Positions 48,401-63,400 of a stretch of 64,000 nt of DNA are shown here, in pieces. Positions within the stretch are counted from its first letter, which is position 1, and each line of letters opens with the position of its first letter. A program made the position numbers and the translations under genes. The stretch is from Dipteris shenzhenensis (lineage: Eukaryota): NCBI GenBank assembly GCA_047967505.1, contig CM106538.1; one strand, given 5' to 3'. Under the pieces are notes generated by a model that did not search any database, was not told the origin of the DNA, and worked only from the letters and a program-made list of their open reading frames with translations.

Positions 48401-51400
48401 CTTCTTGAAGAGGCAGAGTCACAAGGGCAGGCGGGGGGCAGGCACCTGGATGGCGGAGATCGATGCGAGTGATCCTTGAGGCATGGTGGAAAGGATTGAG
48501 CAATGCATTAGGCCTAGATCACTGGTACGGACAGTTTTTGAGTACTGGGGTGTCTCTCAAGTACAGTTTTTATGGCAGTCCCTTGGCTCTTACCAATGCA
48601 TATTTTACAAAGTGAGGCTTGGGGGGCTTCTCCAGCCCGAGACTATGAGGGACCTTGAGGTTGATGAGGTTTTGGATTCGCTTGAGTGGCAGAGAGTCAG
48701 GGTAGTAGGCTGCTTGGGCAAGGACTGGACCGTTGACCCAGTACTAGTCTTTAGCCTGACTAGAGGGAGCAACCCTGGTGACCGTCTTGGGCTCCTTGCC
48801 CTATCCTTCCTTGCCTACTTCTTCATCTCCTTGCCTAGGGCCTTTGCATGCATCCTTGTGATGAGCTTCAAGGGCACTTCTGCTACTTGCCCTTGTTTGA
48901 TGCTTAGCAAATTGATGCTAGTGCTCTTGAGCAGGCTGGTCAGAGTCGCTGGCCTCCTCAGGGGACAATCTTTAAATAAATGCTCCACTCCACATCCAAC
49001 GCATAGGGTTGTGGGCCCGGTTTAAGGGGGTACTATTGGGGTGAGATCCATGTAATGACAATCCTTTAAGAGTGCGGCCCTTGGCATTTAAAGCATGATA
49101 CAGGAGGGTTCTATGTGCCCTTATATGGGCATTCTCTTGCCCTATGTGGACCTTGACATGTATAGCATTGGATCGGGGGCCTCTGTGCTGCCAAGGAATT
49201 CATGTCTCTTTCCCTCGAGGGGATGGCCTCTTCAGGAAATTTAGTAGGACCCGCCAGAGTGGTTTTGACCTATTCGGGTAGGGTGCTTGGATAGAGTGGA
49301 GGAGGTGACCTTTTTCTCTTACACGACTCGTATAGGGAAATGGCTTCAGCTCAAGGCAACATCCTAGTCTTCCTTGAGAGAATGTCCCTGGTTGGGGCAG
49401 CAGGTTCCCATAGAAGTTATCTCCCATTTTTCAGAACATCTTCGGACTAGCCGTGGCCTCGAAAGATATCCTATCTCTTCTAGATGGTGGTGCATGGAGG
49501 CTTCCCCATTGCCCTTGGTTGGAGCAGATGTGGGTAGATGCCATTGGTGCATAGATAGATACTTGGAGAAGATCTCGCATTGGGGAGCACATAGGATTTG
49601 GATGGGAGCCCTTCGGATTGTGGCCAGCATGCAAAGGATGTAGTGAGCTTCACGTGGGAGGTGGCTCCGTAGCTAATGGAGGGAGGTCATGCCGTCTCTA
49701 TTAACCTTGCTCTCCAACCTACAAGATCCAAGGCCAAGGAGTTTTCAGGATAGAGGCACATGATGCCATGCTCCTTCCCGCATGGCCCTTTCCTGTCGCC
49801 AGAGAAAAGTGTTTGGGAGACGGTGTCCAGCATCACTGCTTGGAACATCTAGGTTGCCCATTGTAGTTTTGTGATGGGAGGCCATCAGGTTCTCTAGTAG
49901 CCACCATGGTCGCCATCTGGCAGGATATTATCTACACTTTGCACGTCGTATGGGAACGGGAGGCTTCAAGTTCAGATTGCACCCTTGATGGACCGATAGC
50001 GCTCTATTGCTGACCTCATGCCTCCATTGCCTCATCCATCCTGATTTTCCGCTGCTGATGATGAGGATGATGATGATGTTGATGATGACGATGATGCTGA
50101 GATTGATATATAGTCGGCTATCGACATGACTATGTTGTACTTAGGACTTGGTACTGCCATTTTGCGTTTTTTGCATTCTGCATTGGTGTGGATGCTCGTT
50201 TAGTAGCTCCACTACCACAGCTCATTGTATCAGGTTTTTCACAGTCTCATAGACCCATTGGTCTTCCGAAGACTTTAGTAAACTTTCTTTCTTGCCAGGA
50301 TCAAGCAAGAGAAGTATTCCAGCTGATGGGTGTGAAGTCTAATCCATTATTCATCGAGGGGAGTTTTGGAAAGAGTGATGAATTATGGAGCTAGTTCACT
50401 AAATTACCCTAGGGGTTAGGATTAATTAAAGGTAAAAAAGAGTGGTAGGTAGAACTTAAGTCCTAGGTTAAGACTTCCATGATGTTATGTCACGGACAAG
50501 GGTTAGAGATTTTTCAGGGGCCACATGATCTGGTGAGTCCTCTGCATATATCCATCAAGGATGAAGGGTATAAGTGCCGCATGGTACCAATCGATTGGTG
50601 TATTGTATGTGGCCTTGCTACATGTCACACATACGATACACCAATCCATTGGTGTATCGTATGTGGCCTTGCTACATGTCACACAAGCATGCACTCAGCA
50701 TGTCACTCACTCTAGGGCAGCCAATCAGATGTAGGTTCTGCATCTATGGCATGTGCTTGATGCATATTGATTGGGCACATTGTGTCAGTGTACCACATAG
50801 GGTGGGCCTGAAACCCTGGCTTCTGTGAGAAGCCCACCGGGAAGCTTCTCCCTTTTACCTCCTCAGCTAGGGTTTTCTATATCATTGTGTGTTCGCAGTA
50901 AGTTGTTGCGTATTCAGTTGTATGCTTTCATTCTAGCCATTGTTGGCATTTCCATTGCAGCTATTCACGTATGTGTGTGCATCTATCCTACCTGTGTTTG
51001 TGTGTGGAGGGGACTTCAGGCTAGAAGGCCTGTCCCTTGTTTTCTTTCAGAAATGGAGGATGATATCCCTCCACAAACATCTCAGTACAAATACACCTGT
51101 GTGATCATCTAGCTTGACTACTTGCACATTGTTACGAAGAATCTTGCAAAAACTCCTGCCTTTTCCTCTTGCTTGTGCTTTTCTTTGGCATTCCATTGAT
51201 TATTCCTCACTCATCATTTGGGGGTATATAAATGTAGGCCTTGCCCTTTCTTGCTTGAGTTTTTCTTTGGCATTCCATTGATTATTCCTCACACACATCA
51301 TTTGGGGGTATATAAATGTACGCCTTCCCCTTTCCTTCATGGGTATCCACAGCGATTCCCGAATTGTACCTAGGTAGTGTGACTTGACTGCAATTTGTTG

Positions 51401-54400
51401 ATAGAGTCCCCTGTGGGCAGGGCCTCCTTGCGTATTTCCAAGCTCTTGCTATGTTCCTCTTGTTGCTTGTGAGTGGGGTCCTCGGACTCGCCAACATAAA
51501 ATGAACACCCTTGCAAGAGAACCTGGCTACTGCCAAGAATATCGGCCCTTGTTTAAGCATTGAGTAAGGCCCATACAATGGGTCCACCCAACTGTTCTCA
51601 TTCTTCTTCCTGCTTGTTGGGCTCATATAATAAGCAGCCTTGGCATCATAAATAATTAAAGAATGGGTTCACCCTATCTGTCCTCAATTCTTCTTCCTGC
51701 TTGTTGGGCTCATACAATAAACAGCCTTAGCATCATAAAGCATTAACACAAAAAACCCTGCATTTCTTTTGTGTCTTGATATATCATTGTATATCATTTT
51801 TTTTTTCAAAAAGCTAAGTAGAATCACCATTCTTCAAGTTCAAGCTAACTATTACTTTCTTTCTTGTATTGCGTGTTAGGCATTCTTTCAGCGTTGGTGG
51901 AGAGAACAGACTCCCCGGACCCAAGCGATTGTGAAAAATCTTGTTGATGCAGGCCAGCTTGAGTTTATGTAAGGTTATAATATGGTTTCATCAAAAGCTC
52001 ATGATGTTTTTAATAGTATAATAACTTTCTGATCCATTATGGCAGTGATGTTTTGTGATTTCAGAAATGGTGGCTGGTGTATGCATGATGAGGCTACAAC
52101 GCACTATATAGACATGATAGACCAGACAACTCTTGGGCATAGATACATCAAACAACAGTTTCAAAAAGTTCCGCGAACTGGATGGCAGATAGATCCATTT
52201 GGGCACTCTGCAGTACAAGCATATCTGCTAAGTGCAGAGGTTTGCTTTTGGTCTGTAAAAACTATTTGTATGTGGGTTTATACATTAAAATCAATCTATT
52301 AGCAGAAAAGAATTTGTTGTGTAATTGAAAAGGGGATGATTGAGACAACTGGATTTCCTCTTTCTACTGGATTTTCCTTTTGACCACATGGTTTCATACT
52401 TCGAACTATAGTGTAATACAAAGATCAGCAACTCATTAAAAATCTTGCAACGTTTTTATTGTGGTTGAGATGGTGTATCTCGGAGGTTTCTGTGTCCTAA
52501 TTTTCTAGAAATCAGCAGTATGTTAGAGCAAGAGCGCATTGAGCTTGCTCTGGCGGGTTTTATTCATACTTAATGGAAGTCTATTTTTGCAAATAAAAGG
52601 AACATGCATCAATCAATCAAAACTTACACCAATGCCAATGATCAATCTTCATTTATCAACTATAAAAAGCACACTTTACACTCTATAGGAAAAGTTGGAA
52701 AAGGTCAAAATGTGGGCTCGTAGATCAAATTTTATTATTATAAAAGTCAAGCTATGTTTGCCCTATAGCATACGAGTAGGATATAAACGATTTCAAACAT
52801 GTCTTATCAAACACACCAGAATGTTTGAAACTATGGTTTAGACACACGGGCTTAAGCATTTGTTTTTGCGTACTAAGGTGATCAAGCCTTCACATACGCA
52901 ACATGAAAAGCTGCGTCCCTAGTATACACCGTGGAAATAATTGAAAAACTGATGAAATCTGCATCATCAATCAATAACAGAAGCACAGTAATATAGCTAC
53001 ATGTATAGGCATGTAGGCACGTCTTGAAGTCGATCACACTCTTCATATATCTGTGTGCTTGTGCATACATACACACATACATCTCTTTGAATAACAAACT
53101 CTCTGTTTTCCTGTGGGAAACTTTTGCAGCTTGGATTCGATGCCCTTTATTTTGCAAGGATTGATTATCAGGACAAACTAAAACGTCTAAATGAAAGTAC
53201 ACTCGAGATGATTTGGCAGGGTTCCAAAACCTTTGGCAGCTCTGCGCAGGTAGATCTTATAACTTCAACTGGGTTCCCATGAATAAAAATCTAAATTTGT
53301 ACGATTGGACATATTCTAGTCTTACAAAAGTATAGATAATATATTAGCCTCTGGCTGATTTTTATTGGGTAATGCACACATCATTGAGCTATAATCAGAA
53401 ATCTACATCAAGAGTGTGTAATGTGATTGAATAGAGTTTCTTGTCTACAGATATTTACTGGTGCTTTCTTCGACTTTTATGGCCCACCTTCTGGATTCAA
53501 CTTCGATATTGATTCTACAGATACACCTGTCCAGGTACTTATGTTAGCCAGCATGCTTCTTTGGAGTATCTGATTTCTGAGGGAAACTTTATTCTAACCT
53601 TAATAGTATGTCTGCATGGGGAAAAAAACAGGATGATCCCATCCTGTTTGATTATAATGTTCAGGACAGGGTTGATGCATTTGTAGCCTCTGCACAAACT
53701 CAGGTACGCTTTTGTAGATCGGTTCATACAAGACTTTCTTTTTAGTTTTTTCATATGGCTTCTAATGTTCATATTCATTAACTTATTGTGTCAGGCTATG
53801 TCTATAAGGACAAACCATATCATGTGGAATATGGGAAGTGATTTTAACTATCAAAATGCACATGCTTGGTATAAGCAAATGGACAAGCTCATCAATTGGG
53901 TGAATAAGGCATGTCTTGCCCGTAAACTCAACGACCTTTGAAACCTTTGAATATTTGTCAAAGTTCCTTTGCAAAAATTATAATTCCAATCCTTTATGAA
54001 GCTTTTATTTTCCTTTGGCCTCAAGGTCTGAAGTGCATAGGTAGCCCATCTTAGAGTCATCTTGTGTGAAGTTTGTGTACTCTGAGTCAGGATTAATATC
54101 CCAATTCTAATGTGGGGGCTCCTTGAATAATGGTGTGAAATAACGTGGTGTTGAAAAGGGTTTAAGGCAACAAATAGTTTAGAGAGCTTGTCTTCACTTA
54201 TGGTTTCATTTTGATCATAGTTGTCCATCTATTTGGTCCACGTCCATTATCAAGATGAGACCCCAATCCTTATGCATGGCTTATCCTCTTCGTTGAAGAA
54301 TGATCTGAAATAAGGCGGCCTTAAAGGTTGTAGATGTTGAGGGAAGTTCTAGGGAACTTCAAAGATAAATTCAAAGGCATGTGTTCTACCAACGATCATC

Positions 54401-57400
54401 ATTTCCTATTTCATTTTTATCTATTAGTCCACCTCCATTATCTCTCCACGATATGTGAGTAGATAATCTGTACAAAGTTAAGGCAAATTTTGAGATTTTA
54501 GTTTTCAAGCAGCACAAGGATTGCACTCTTTGTTAATCTCTAAAGGTATCACGTCAAATGTAGTTGATTTGGCAAATATTATCATATGACATGAGAAGAT
54601 CCTGCAAAAATGCTGTATTGAAGGTAATGCAAGATTATAGTTAGAGCTCCCCACCTGGGAAGGCCAAAACAACTCCCCAAGATCCCACTGCAGCTCTTGC
54701 AAGGAAGGCCCTCCCAAAGCCACAAATGCGGTTGTAAGAACTCCTCGCTGTGGGAATTGGGATCAATAACCCGAACTATCCCTTGTCATCCAACCACTCT
54801 AATCCTCTGCCATGCCAGAGAATCTGAGGCATCATCTCTTTGAGGGATTGTGTTTGTCGGGTTCGACTCTAGCAATAGCTGTCCTCCCTGGCCAATGCTG
54901 TAATAAATGGGTAAGGATCACCGCGATGCCGCTGAAAAGGAGTCTGAGTGGCACCTTTGTCCTACAGAACTGGCCAAACCATCGAGGAGGATGCTTTGGA
55001 TCTAGGGCCACCCTAAGCCCCTCAATCCACGATGCTGAGATGCCCACCCTAAACCCCTCGATCCATGATGCTGAGATGGACGTGTTGATCTCCACAAGGC
55101 TGCCACCAACACTAATGATGAGCTTGCCTATTGCTTTGCATCCCTTGGTCTATAATGCTTATGCTCAGCCCTCCCTTTGCACGTGGGATGATCATCATGT
55201 GCCAAGCGACTCATGCTCATTAAGAGGAAATTTCAAACCAACCTCCTAAGTTACCCCCCCACAAGCCTTGTGGGAACACCTACACGATGCAATGTACTAG
55301 GCTGTAGCCAAAAGAACCTGATTTATCACAATTGCTTTGCCTATGAGGAAAATCCTAGTGGAGCTCCAATATAGTGGCTTCTTATACTCTCTAAGATTGG
55401 GGCCATCTATTGATCCATTGAAACATGCAGGCCACCTAGCATCGTGAGTATCATGTCGTCTGGATCCATATGAAGCCAAGATCAACCCTCCACGTAAGCT
55501 CTTCCTTGGAGGCTATGAGGAAGCCTATTAATTTATTTTAGTTGATCTTGGCTCTAGAAGTGTGCAATAGACCCCTAGGAGATGCCACTCTCTCTAGGCT
55601 ATTAGTGTGCCCTCCACATACAAGCTGTATCTTCTACAAACTCTAAATTCAAGAGCTCCTTCCCTAATAGATTTGGCAAGCGCATTCCTACGAGGTTGGC
55701 CTAGTGAGATCTAAAAAAGTAAGTCCCACAACAAACAAGAAAAGGAAAGGGGCTAAAGGGGAGCCTTTGGGACAATTGGCGAGTATTGCAGCATGGCATA
55801 TCTGGAGAGGTAGATGCACAGAGGCATTGGATGGATCTTAGGTCCTTCCCTCTGACACCATGGTCAGTATCTGGACTGATACCATACATACTTTGATGGC
55901 TACTTGGGCAACCGTGCAGGGTTCCCCGGGCATCCTTTGCCATGAGAGAGATTTCTCTAAGGGAATGGAGGGGCTCTCCCTTCTTCTGAGAGTCTATAGC
56001 AGGACTGAGGTGGTACTTTCAGCCTCTTTCCTTTTTTTTGTAGACCCATTCCGGGTTGCTTTTTTATTCGTGCCATGCATGATGTATTTCCGCTCCAAGC
56101 TATCTCTTGTGAGTTTTTTCGATACTTAATATTTCTTGGAAATAAGAAATTTCAGTTTTCTAATACTATCAATTGTCAAGATGAATACCTATCCAATAGA
56201 AAACCACTATAGAAACTCCAATCAATAGCCAAGCATAGATAGATGATCAATCAAATACCACGATAGTTCCAAACTGACAAAACGTCAACCAAGAACCAAA
56301 AGAAGTACAAACTACATGTTGAGACCATGAATAGGCTGAGTGGTTCCTATAGAGGGAAGAGAAGAAAAGGCCTAAAGATGCTTGGATTCAAGAGCATCTT
56401 GTTGCAGCAAGGGTTCATTAGTAAGTTTACTAGATTAGAGAGCAGAGTATGCCTTTCATGCACGGGAGTCCTTTTGTATTAAGATGGAAGGAAGAGAAAA
56501 CAAACACTTTTTCTCTACTCTTGGCACGAGGCATGGTAGAGAAAGTGTTTCTTAGCTTATTGACGGGACAGGAATTCAGATGCCGTCATGCATATAGCTA
56601 CATATTTTCTGCCTCCCGTATTTCTACAGATCCTGATACACTTGCAAGAGAGGATGCCAGGCATAGAGTTTGGGAGCACATCCGTGTATTGGTGAAACCA
56701 CACATGAGAGTCTCACATGATGCACCTTTCACCAATCGAGAATTCAGAACTGCCTTCCCAAGGGAAGATGCCCATGCCCACATGGATTAACACCTTCCTT
56801 TTTTATTGCTTTTAGGACATGATTTATTACCTTAGTCCTGGGTGTTTGGGACTCTGCTGCTATGCTGGATTCACTTACAGAGGGTCTCAATCCCTTCCTT
56901 CTTTATTGCTTTTAGGACATGATTAGAGATCATGTTACCTCAGTCCTGTAGGGTGTTTGGGACTCTCTGCTATGCTTGATTCACTTACAAAGCATATCAT
57001 TCATCTAATCCCAAAGGGAGATAGCAAAAATTTCATCTCCCAATGGAGGCCTTTCACTCTTTTGGGAACCTTTTATAAGATCTTAGCCAAAGCTATCAGG
57101 CTACATTTGCAGCCCATCTTCGAGATCTTATTCATGATGCACAGATGTGTTTCGTGCATGGTGAAGCATTTTCAATAACAACTTCTCTTTTTGGGAGGCT
57201 TCACATTGGGCCATGCAGACAAGCCAATGCTTTGCCATGCTACTCCTGGACTTCAAGAAGCTTATGACAAAGTATATTGAGATTTTGAATTTCAGATGCA
57301 TGGATCAGAGGGGCTTCCTCTTTGTCAGATCATCCCACAGCCAGGTATTTATCAGAGGAGAAAGAGGAGAGAGGTTTCGTATTCCTAGATTAGTTTGTTA

Positions 57401-60400
57401 GGGATGCCGTCTTGCCCCCTTCTTGTATATATATGTGGCCAAGCAATGAGCAGATTTATGAGATCTCAGCAGACAGATACTATTGGGCTGAGACCTTTTC
57501 TAAGACAAGATGAGGAGCTCTGGGATAGTGAATTGGCTAATGATACTTCTGTTTTTTTGGATGCCACTACATAGTTACTTGCTTTAGGTAAGCATTGGGT
57601 GATAGATTCTATGTGGATGATTGGGATCTTGATAGAGGGGGGACAGTTTGCATTGCACTTGGTGTTTCACCTCCAACCATTTTTCGATAGTTTTGTCTAT
57701 CTCAGAGCCCCATCTGAGAGGACGGTCTCACAGTATCAGGATCCCCGATGCCTTATACACACATGAGACTCTCACAGAGGCAGTCTTGGAGATCTGGGTT
57801 TCTCACTCGTAGGGGAGGGTGGGCGGTCCTTCACATGTGGCCACAGCACTTGCCAGTATCGGCGACTTTTATCACTCTGTCGCTAGTGCTGGCGAGGTGA
57901 GGTACTTAGGCGGGAGATTGGTATCCGCCGGTAGTTGGCAGCCTTGCAGAGGGAGGAGCAGAGACGACCCTCAGATGCTTGGATCCAGGAGCGCCTTGCT
58001 GCAGCAAGGGCTCACTTGCAGACATTGCTTGATCAGAGAGCAGAGTATGCCTTTCGTGCACGGGAGTCCTTTTGGATACAGATGGGAGGGAGAGTCAATA
58101 AATACTTTTTCTCTACACTTGGTCCCAGACATAGTAGTAGAGAGAGTGTCGGGCAGCTTATTGACTCTGACGGCGTTTTGCAGTCTCATCCTGATACCGT
58201 CATGCACTTAGCGATAAATTTTTATGCCTCCCTTCTTTCTGCAGATCCTGACACACAGGCCAGAGATGTGGCTAGAGATGTAGTTTGGCAGAGTTTACCT
58301 GTGTTGGTCACACCAGAGATGATATGCTCACTTGATGCACGCTTTACCAACACAGAGTTCAGGACTGCTCTCTTCGCCCTTCATAAGGGCAAGTGCCCTG
58401 GTTCCGATGGTCTTACTCCATCATTTTTTACAGCCTTCTGGGATATGATAGGTGATCATATTACTTCAGCCCTGCAGGGCATTTGAGACTCGGGTGAGAT
58501 GCCTGACTCACTAACCGAGGGACTCATACACCTCATCCCGAAAGGTGGCAACATGAATTTTGTATCCCATTGGAGACCCATCACTCTTTTGGGCACTCTA
58601 TACAAAATCCTTGCCAAGGCGATCAGCATCCGATTGCAGCCCCTTCTTCCAGACCTCATCCATGATACTCAGACAGTTTTGTGCATGGCAGGAGCATATT
58701 TGATAATATCTTTTCCTTTGGGAAAGCCACAGAGTGGACTATGTAGAGCAGGCAGAGGCTGGCAATTCTACTCTTTGACTTTGAGAAAGCCTATGATAGA
58801 GTAGATTGGGGTTTTCTTGAGGGCACTCTTCTACAATTTGGATTTTCAGATGCATGGATTAGAGGGGTGGCCTCCCTTTACAGATCAGCCCACAGCCAGG
58901 TTTTGATCGGAGGGGTGACAGGTTTCAGATTTCCAGGTTAGTTCGTCAGGGATGCCCTTTGGCCCCCTTCCTCTTTCTTTTTGTGGCAGAAGCTATGAGT
59001 ATTTTCCTTAGATCTTAGGCTGATCTTTATGGGCTGAGATTGCCCTTGAGACAGGAGCAGGAGCTTCTTGATTGTGAGTTGGCTGATGACACTGCTATTT
59101 TTATGGAGGCCTCTTCACAATCACTTGATTCTCTCCGGACAGCCTTGGATATCTTTTGCTTAGCTGCAGGGGCACACATTAGCTGGCATAAATCCTTTGG
59201 CTTTTGGATCAGTGATGAGGACACTTCAGGCTGGGGAGTTGACATTGGCTTTTCCTGGATTCAGAGGGGTGTTCCTGTCAGATATTTGGGGTGCTAGGTA
59301 GGATTGGGCATCTCTCCAGCACAACAGTTTGCCCCAATACTAGAGAGTATAAGGAAAAAGCTAATTTTTTGGAGCTCAGCCAAACTCAACCTTGCATCTA
59401 TAGTTGTGGTAGTGAACCAGGTTCTTTTGGCCACCGCCTGGTTTGTGTGTTCTTACTGGTGCTGGTCTAGGGATTGCATCACTCAGCTCATTAGACCAGT
59501 CATGAATTTTTTATGGAGTGGACTTGATGGCACGGCAGATGTTGCAGCGAGGGTGGCCTGGGAGACCATTATTCTCCCTACATTTGAAGGGGGCCTTAAT
59601 ATCATTGACCGGGACTTGCAGTGCAGGGCATTGCTTTGTAAGGTGGTGGTGAGGGACTCATGCCTGGGCAGGAACCTTGGAAGGATTTCTTTTTTGGACG
59701 CATTCAGGCTTGCACACCTACCTTGGCAGATGATTGGGTGGACAGCCCTCGCTGGATTTTTACTTCCGCCCCTCTCAGATCTTCTGCCTCTCCTCTCATG
59801 ACTACCATCTTGAAAGCTTGGGGGAGTTTCAGGAACACTCTTCGGAGGGTTCCGCCCTCTACCCTTGAAGAGATTGATAGGCAGCCGATCATTTGGAACG
59901 ATAGTATACTTGATGAGCATGACAGACCACTAAGCACTTCCCATTACATGCAGTGGTCTAGATGGGAGAGAGGCCCCGCCTACACAGGAGGCACTTGGAA
60001 GGCATTTATTAGGTTACCTGAAGATTAGAGACTACAGTCAGTGAGTCACCTCAGAGGGATAGCACGCAGGATTCAGCAGATAGATACAGCCATCCCGATG
60101 GAATGGATAGTTGAGGTGCCTAATACTTCCACCACTTGGATGGGAGCCTTTTCGAGGACAGCAGTTCCTCTACAGGTGATTGCTCATCGAGGTCTCGAGG
60201 AAGATGCATTGGTCTTTGACATTGGGGATGGAGGTATACTCTCTAGATGCACGGATGATATCCTTCTAGAGGTTGCCTTTCAGCCTGTCAGGATTGCTGT
60301 TTTTGTGGACCATGGAGTGGGCTTGCAGTGGTACTTAGACCTTGACCCTCTGCTCTTGGCCCTGGGATCCTGGAGATTGCGGTTATGTGGAGGTGCACCT

Positions 60401-63400
60401 ATCAGGTGCTTGCAGTGGGACCCAGGAGAGTGGGAGTGGATAGATCATGGGCACCGAGAGAGGGGGATTCCCTTCTTTCGTTTCACGATTGGTAATGCCA
60501 GGAGATTTCAGCTGAGCAGTAGGGGTTGGATTCCCTCCAGAGCCCCCCATTGGGACAGCTTCTTCATAGCAAATTTGATGGCACAAGGCTCAAAGATTCA
60601 ATCAATGAGACTTGTCCAAGGGGGGAGATAGTAGGTAGGGAATGAGAGATCATCAAGTGTTGCAATCTTCGCATGGAATCTCATGCTTTTATGGTACTTA
60701 ATGATGAGAAGATTAAATTATCATCCACAATCCATTGAGAGCCATGCATTACTGATGACTTTTAGCAGCAGTGGTATTGGATTTCCATGGATTTGTGCAT
60801 TATAGAGTTTTTGTATTTCCTCATGAATTTTAAAGATGGTGGCAACTTGAGTGTTGTGTGTAGAGAAGTTCAAGTAATTGTAAGAAAAGGCTCAAATGGG
60901 TTCTTGGCCATTGACTCAGCCAAAATTTGGGATGATCTTATAGATACATTTTTTCTATCTGATCATTGCACATAGGTACAGCTTGTAACTAGGCACATCA
61001 TGATCTATCATCTTATAGATACATTTTTTATACCTCATCATTGTAAGTAGGTACATCATGTTGTTGCCACAATGTTCAGTCTCATAAAACATTCTTGTTG
61101 GATAGTTTGGATCATAGAAATCCATTTCTATGTGGTGGTCTCTTCCATATCCATGTGTTTTTTGACTTTTCTTGGGTTGGTTTGTTTGTTTGGGTTAAAA
61201 ATAAAAAATTCTGGTACAACAAAACGAGAACTATTTTTTCCCAATACTAGGTAAACCACTGCACATTCTCAAAGCTTTTAAAAAATGCCACAATTCACTA
61301 AGAAAAAGGGAAGGCTGCCTCTCTGATGTAACCTTCAACCAACAATGCTTCATTTGTGTGCGTGTAATTAGTGCTTAGGGACTGTCAATGAAAAGTCATT
61401 GCGGCCCATTATGGAGAAGGCCCCCTGGAATGGAAGAAATCCCTGTTCAAATTACAATGCCCCTCCAATCGCAGAATGCTGGGCTGAACAGCACAGGTGA
61501 CAAGAACATGCTGGACCGGTGATGCCACAGCTTCTCGTAGTTATTCAGCTCAAGGGAGGAGCCTGTAGTCCATCAATGGATGTCATCCCATGATGGGCTT
61601 TCAATTGGCTCATGGATTGAGCCAATGGGATCCCTTGAAACCATTTACATTTTTTTTGGAGATGCTAGGAGGCATAGCAGATATGGAGCCAAAGCCCATC
61701 TAGATTCTAAGCCTGTGTTATCTCAGATACTAGGGAACTGCAGTTGGGCATGGCAGCATGGCTCACAAAATGAGGATAGTCCTTCAGTTGTAAGTACAAT
61801 AATCCCTTGCAAGTACGGCTTAGGAGAGCAGTGTGTTACAAATAGAGATCATACAGATCATTGCGTGGCAATTGTCGTTGCCCGAAGATAGCTGTAGCCA
61901 TCTTTATCCCCTTGCAAGCTAGGCAGCCAATTGCAGCCTGGTAATGGAAGGGTAGTTTTGATCTATTTGTTGGCATCCTTTGTAGGCATTTACAGCCTTT
62001 GAACAGCCTGCAAGGGCTGGTTCCCACAGCACCATTGTGGATAGCTGTTTGTTTGTATCTGATTTTTTCCTAAACTTAATATAGTGGCTCTTTTTTCTTG
62101 CAAAAAGTGACAACTGTCCCATGCATTAGATAAAAATGGGTATCCATCCATGATGGTTGTATTGGTTCATTTATTTTATTGACTAGCAAGGTATTACTTT
62201 GCAGATCTCAAATTTCTGAATTTGTAAGCACCATATGGAGCGGTGCAAGTCGTTACATTGCTAAGAAAATTCAAACAACTGCAAACCTTTTAGTCAATGC
62301 ACTCTGAATTTTGGGCTAATATTTTTGAAGAAACCAGTACCACCGTAGATAACTGGCTTAAAATAGCCTCATAGGTTTTTGACCTTGTCAAGGATAGTTC
62401 TGTTCACCTTATCATCCATAATAGTTAACACTTGTTTCCCATCTTCTAGGAGGATTACGGAGGTGTGCACCACATTTTGGAATTATGATGAGTTATTTAA
62501 CTGTGCATTCACTTGGTTTGAAGGTTTAGAAAGTTCAGCTATAGTTTCGTTTGAGTCGGTATCCCAGCATGATAAGACGAGAGGTTCGATTTAATTTGGT
62601 ATGAAGGTTTAGAACGTTCAGCTATAGTTTTGTTTGAGTCCATACCCTAGCATGATAAAACATTAGGTACCTCTTACATTAGGTACCTGCATGTACGTAC
62701 CCAATGGTGCCTGTGGCATGCTAGGAGTACGTTCTTATCATGTAGGGCAGATGACTACAGGAGAGTTTGTTTTCTGATGCCACTACACACAAAACTGTAC
62801 AAAAGTAGAACCTTACAATAGGTCTGCGATGCATATTGCTACGACCAAGTGGGTGATTTTTAAAATTATTTAATGAGCTTGCATAAGGCTTCTGCTGAGA
62901 TACTGTGACAGGGCTTGCCTAATAGCTTATCTGGATTCCAAATGGTATAACCATATTTCATTTTATGTGTTTCTCATGCATCATGTGTAAGCCACATTTT
63001 GTCTTTTCATATCTCTTGAAGCTTGGTCAGAGAGACTTATAACATTATCGCCAATGATGGTATACATGCTGCAGGATGGTCGTGTCAATGCGTTTTATTC
63101 AACACCATCCATATACACGGATGCAAAATTTGCAGCAAACGAAACATGGCCTTTGAAGCTTGATGATTTTTTCCCGTAAGTTCACAAAAATAATTTGTGA
63201 TGTGTTGCAGATTTTCCATTTTCGTTATCCTGGTATGTGTCCTTACGCCTACAGAGCAAAATGTCATTCTTCAGGTATGCAGACTGTCCACATTGTTATT
63301 GGACAGGATACTTCACCAGTCGGCCAGCTCTAAAGGGTTATGTGCGAATGATGAGCAGCTATTATCTAGTGAGTTCTCCTACTTATTTTTGCGAGACTCA

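Noticed and set aside
50580-50710. 42-bp repeats resembling a CRISPR array
   Set aside because: Only about 2-3 contiguous units, no unique spacers and no cas genes, in a eukaryotic intron.
61380-62110. Possible further minus-strand LINE fragment
   Set aside because: The composition looks coding-derived, but no diagnostic motif could be read confidently.
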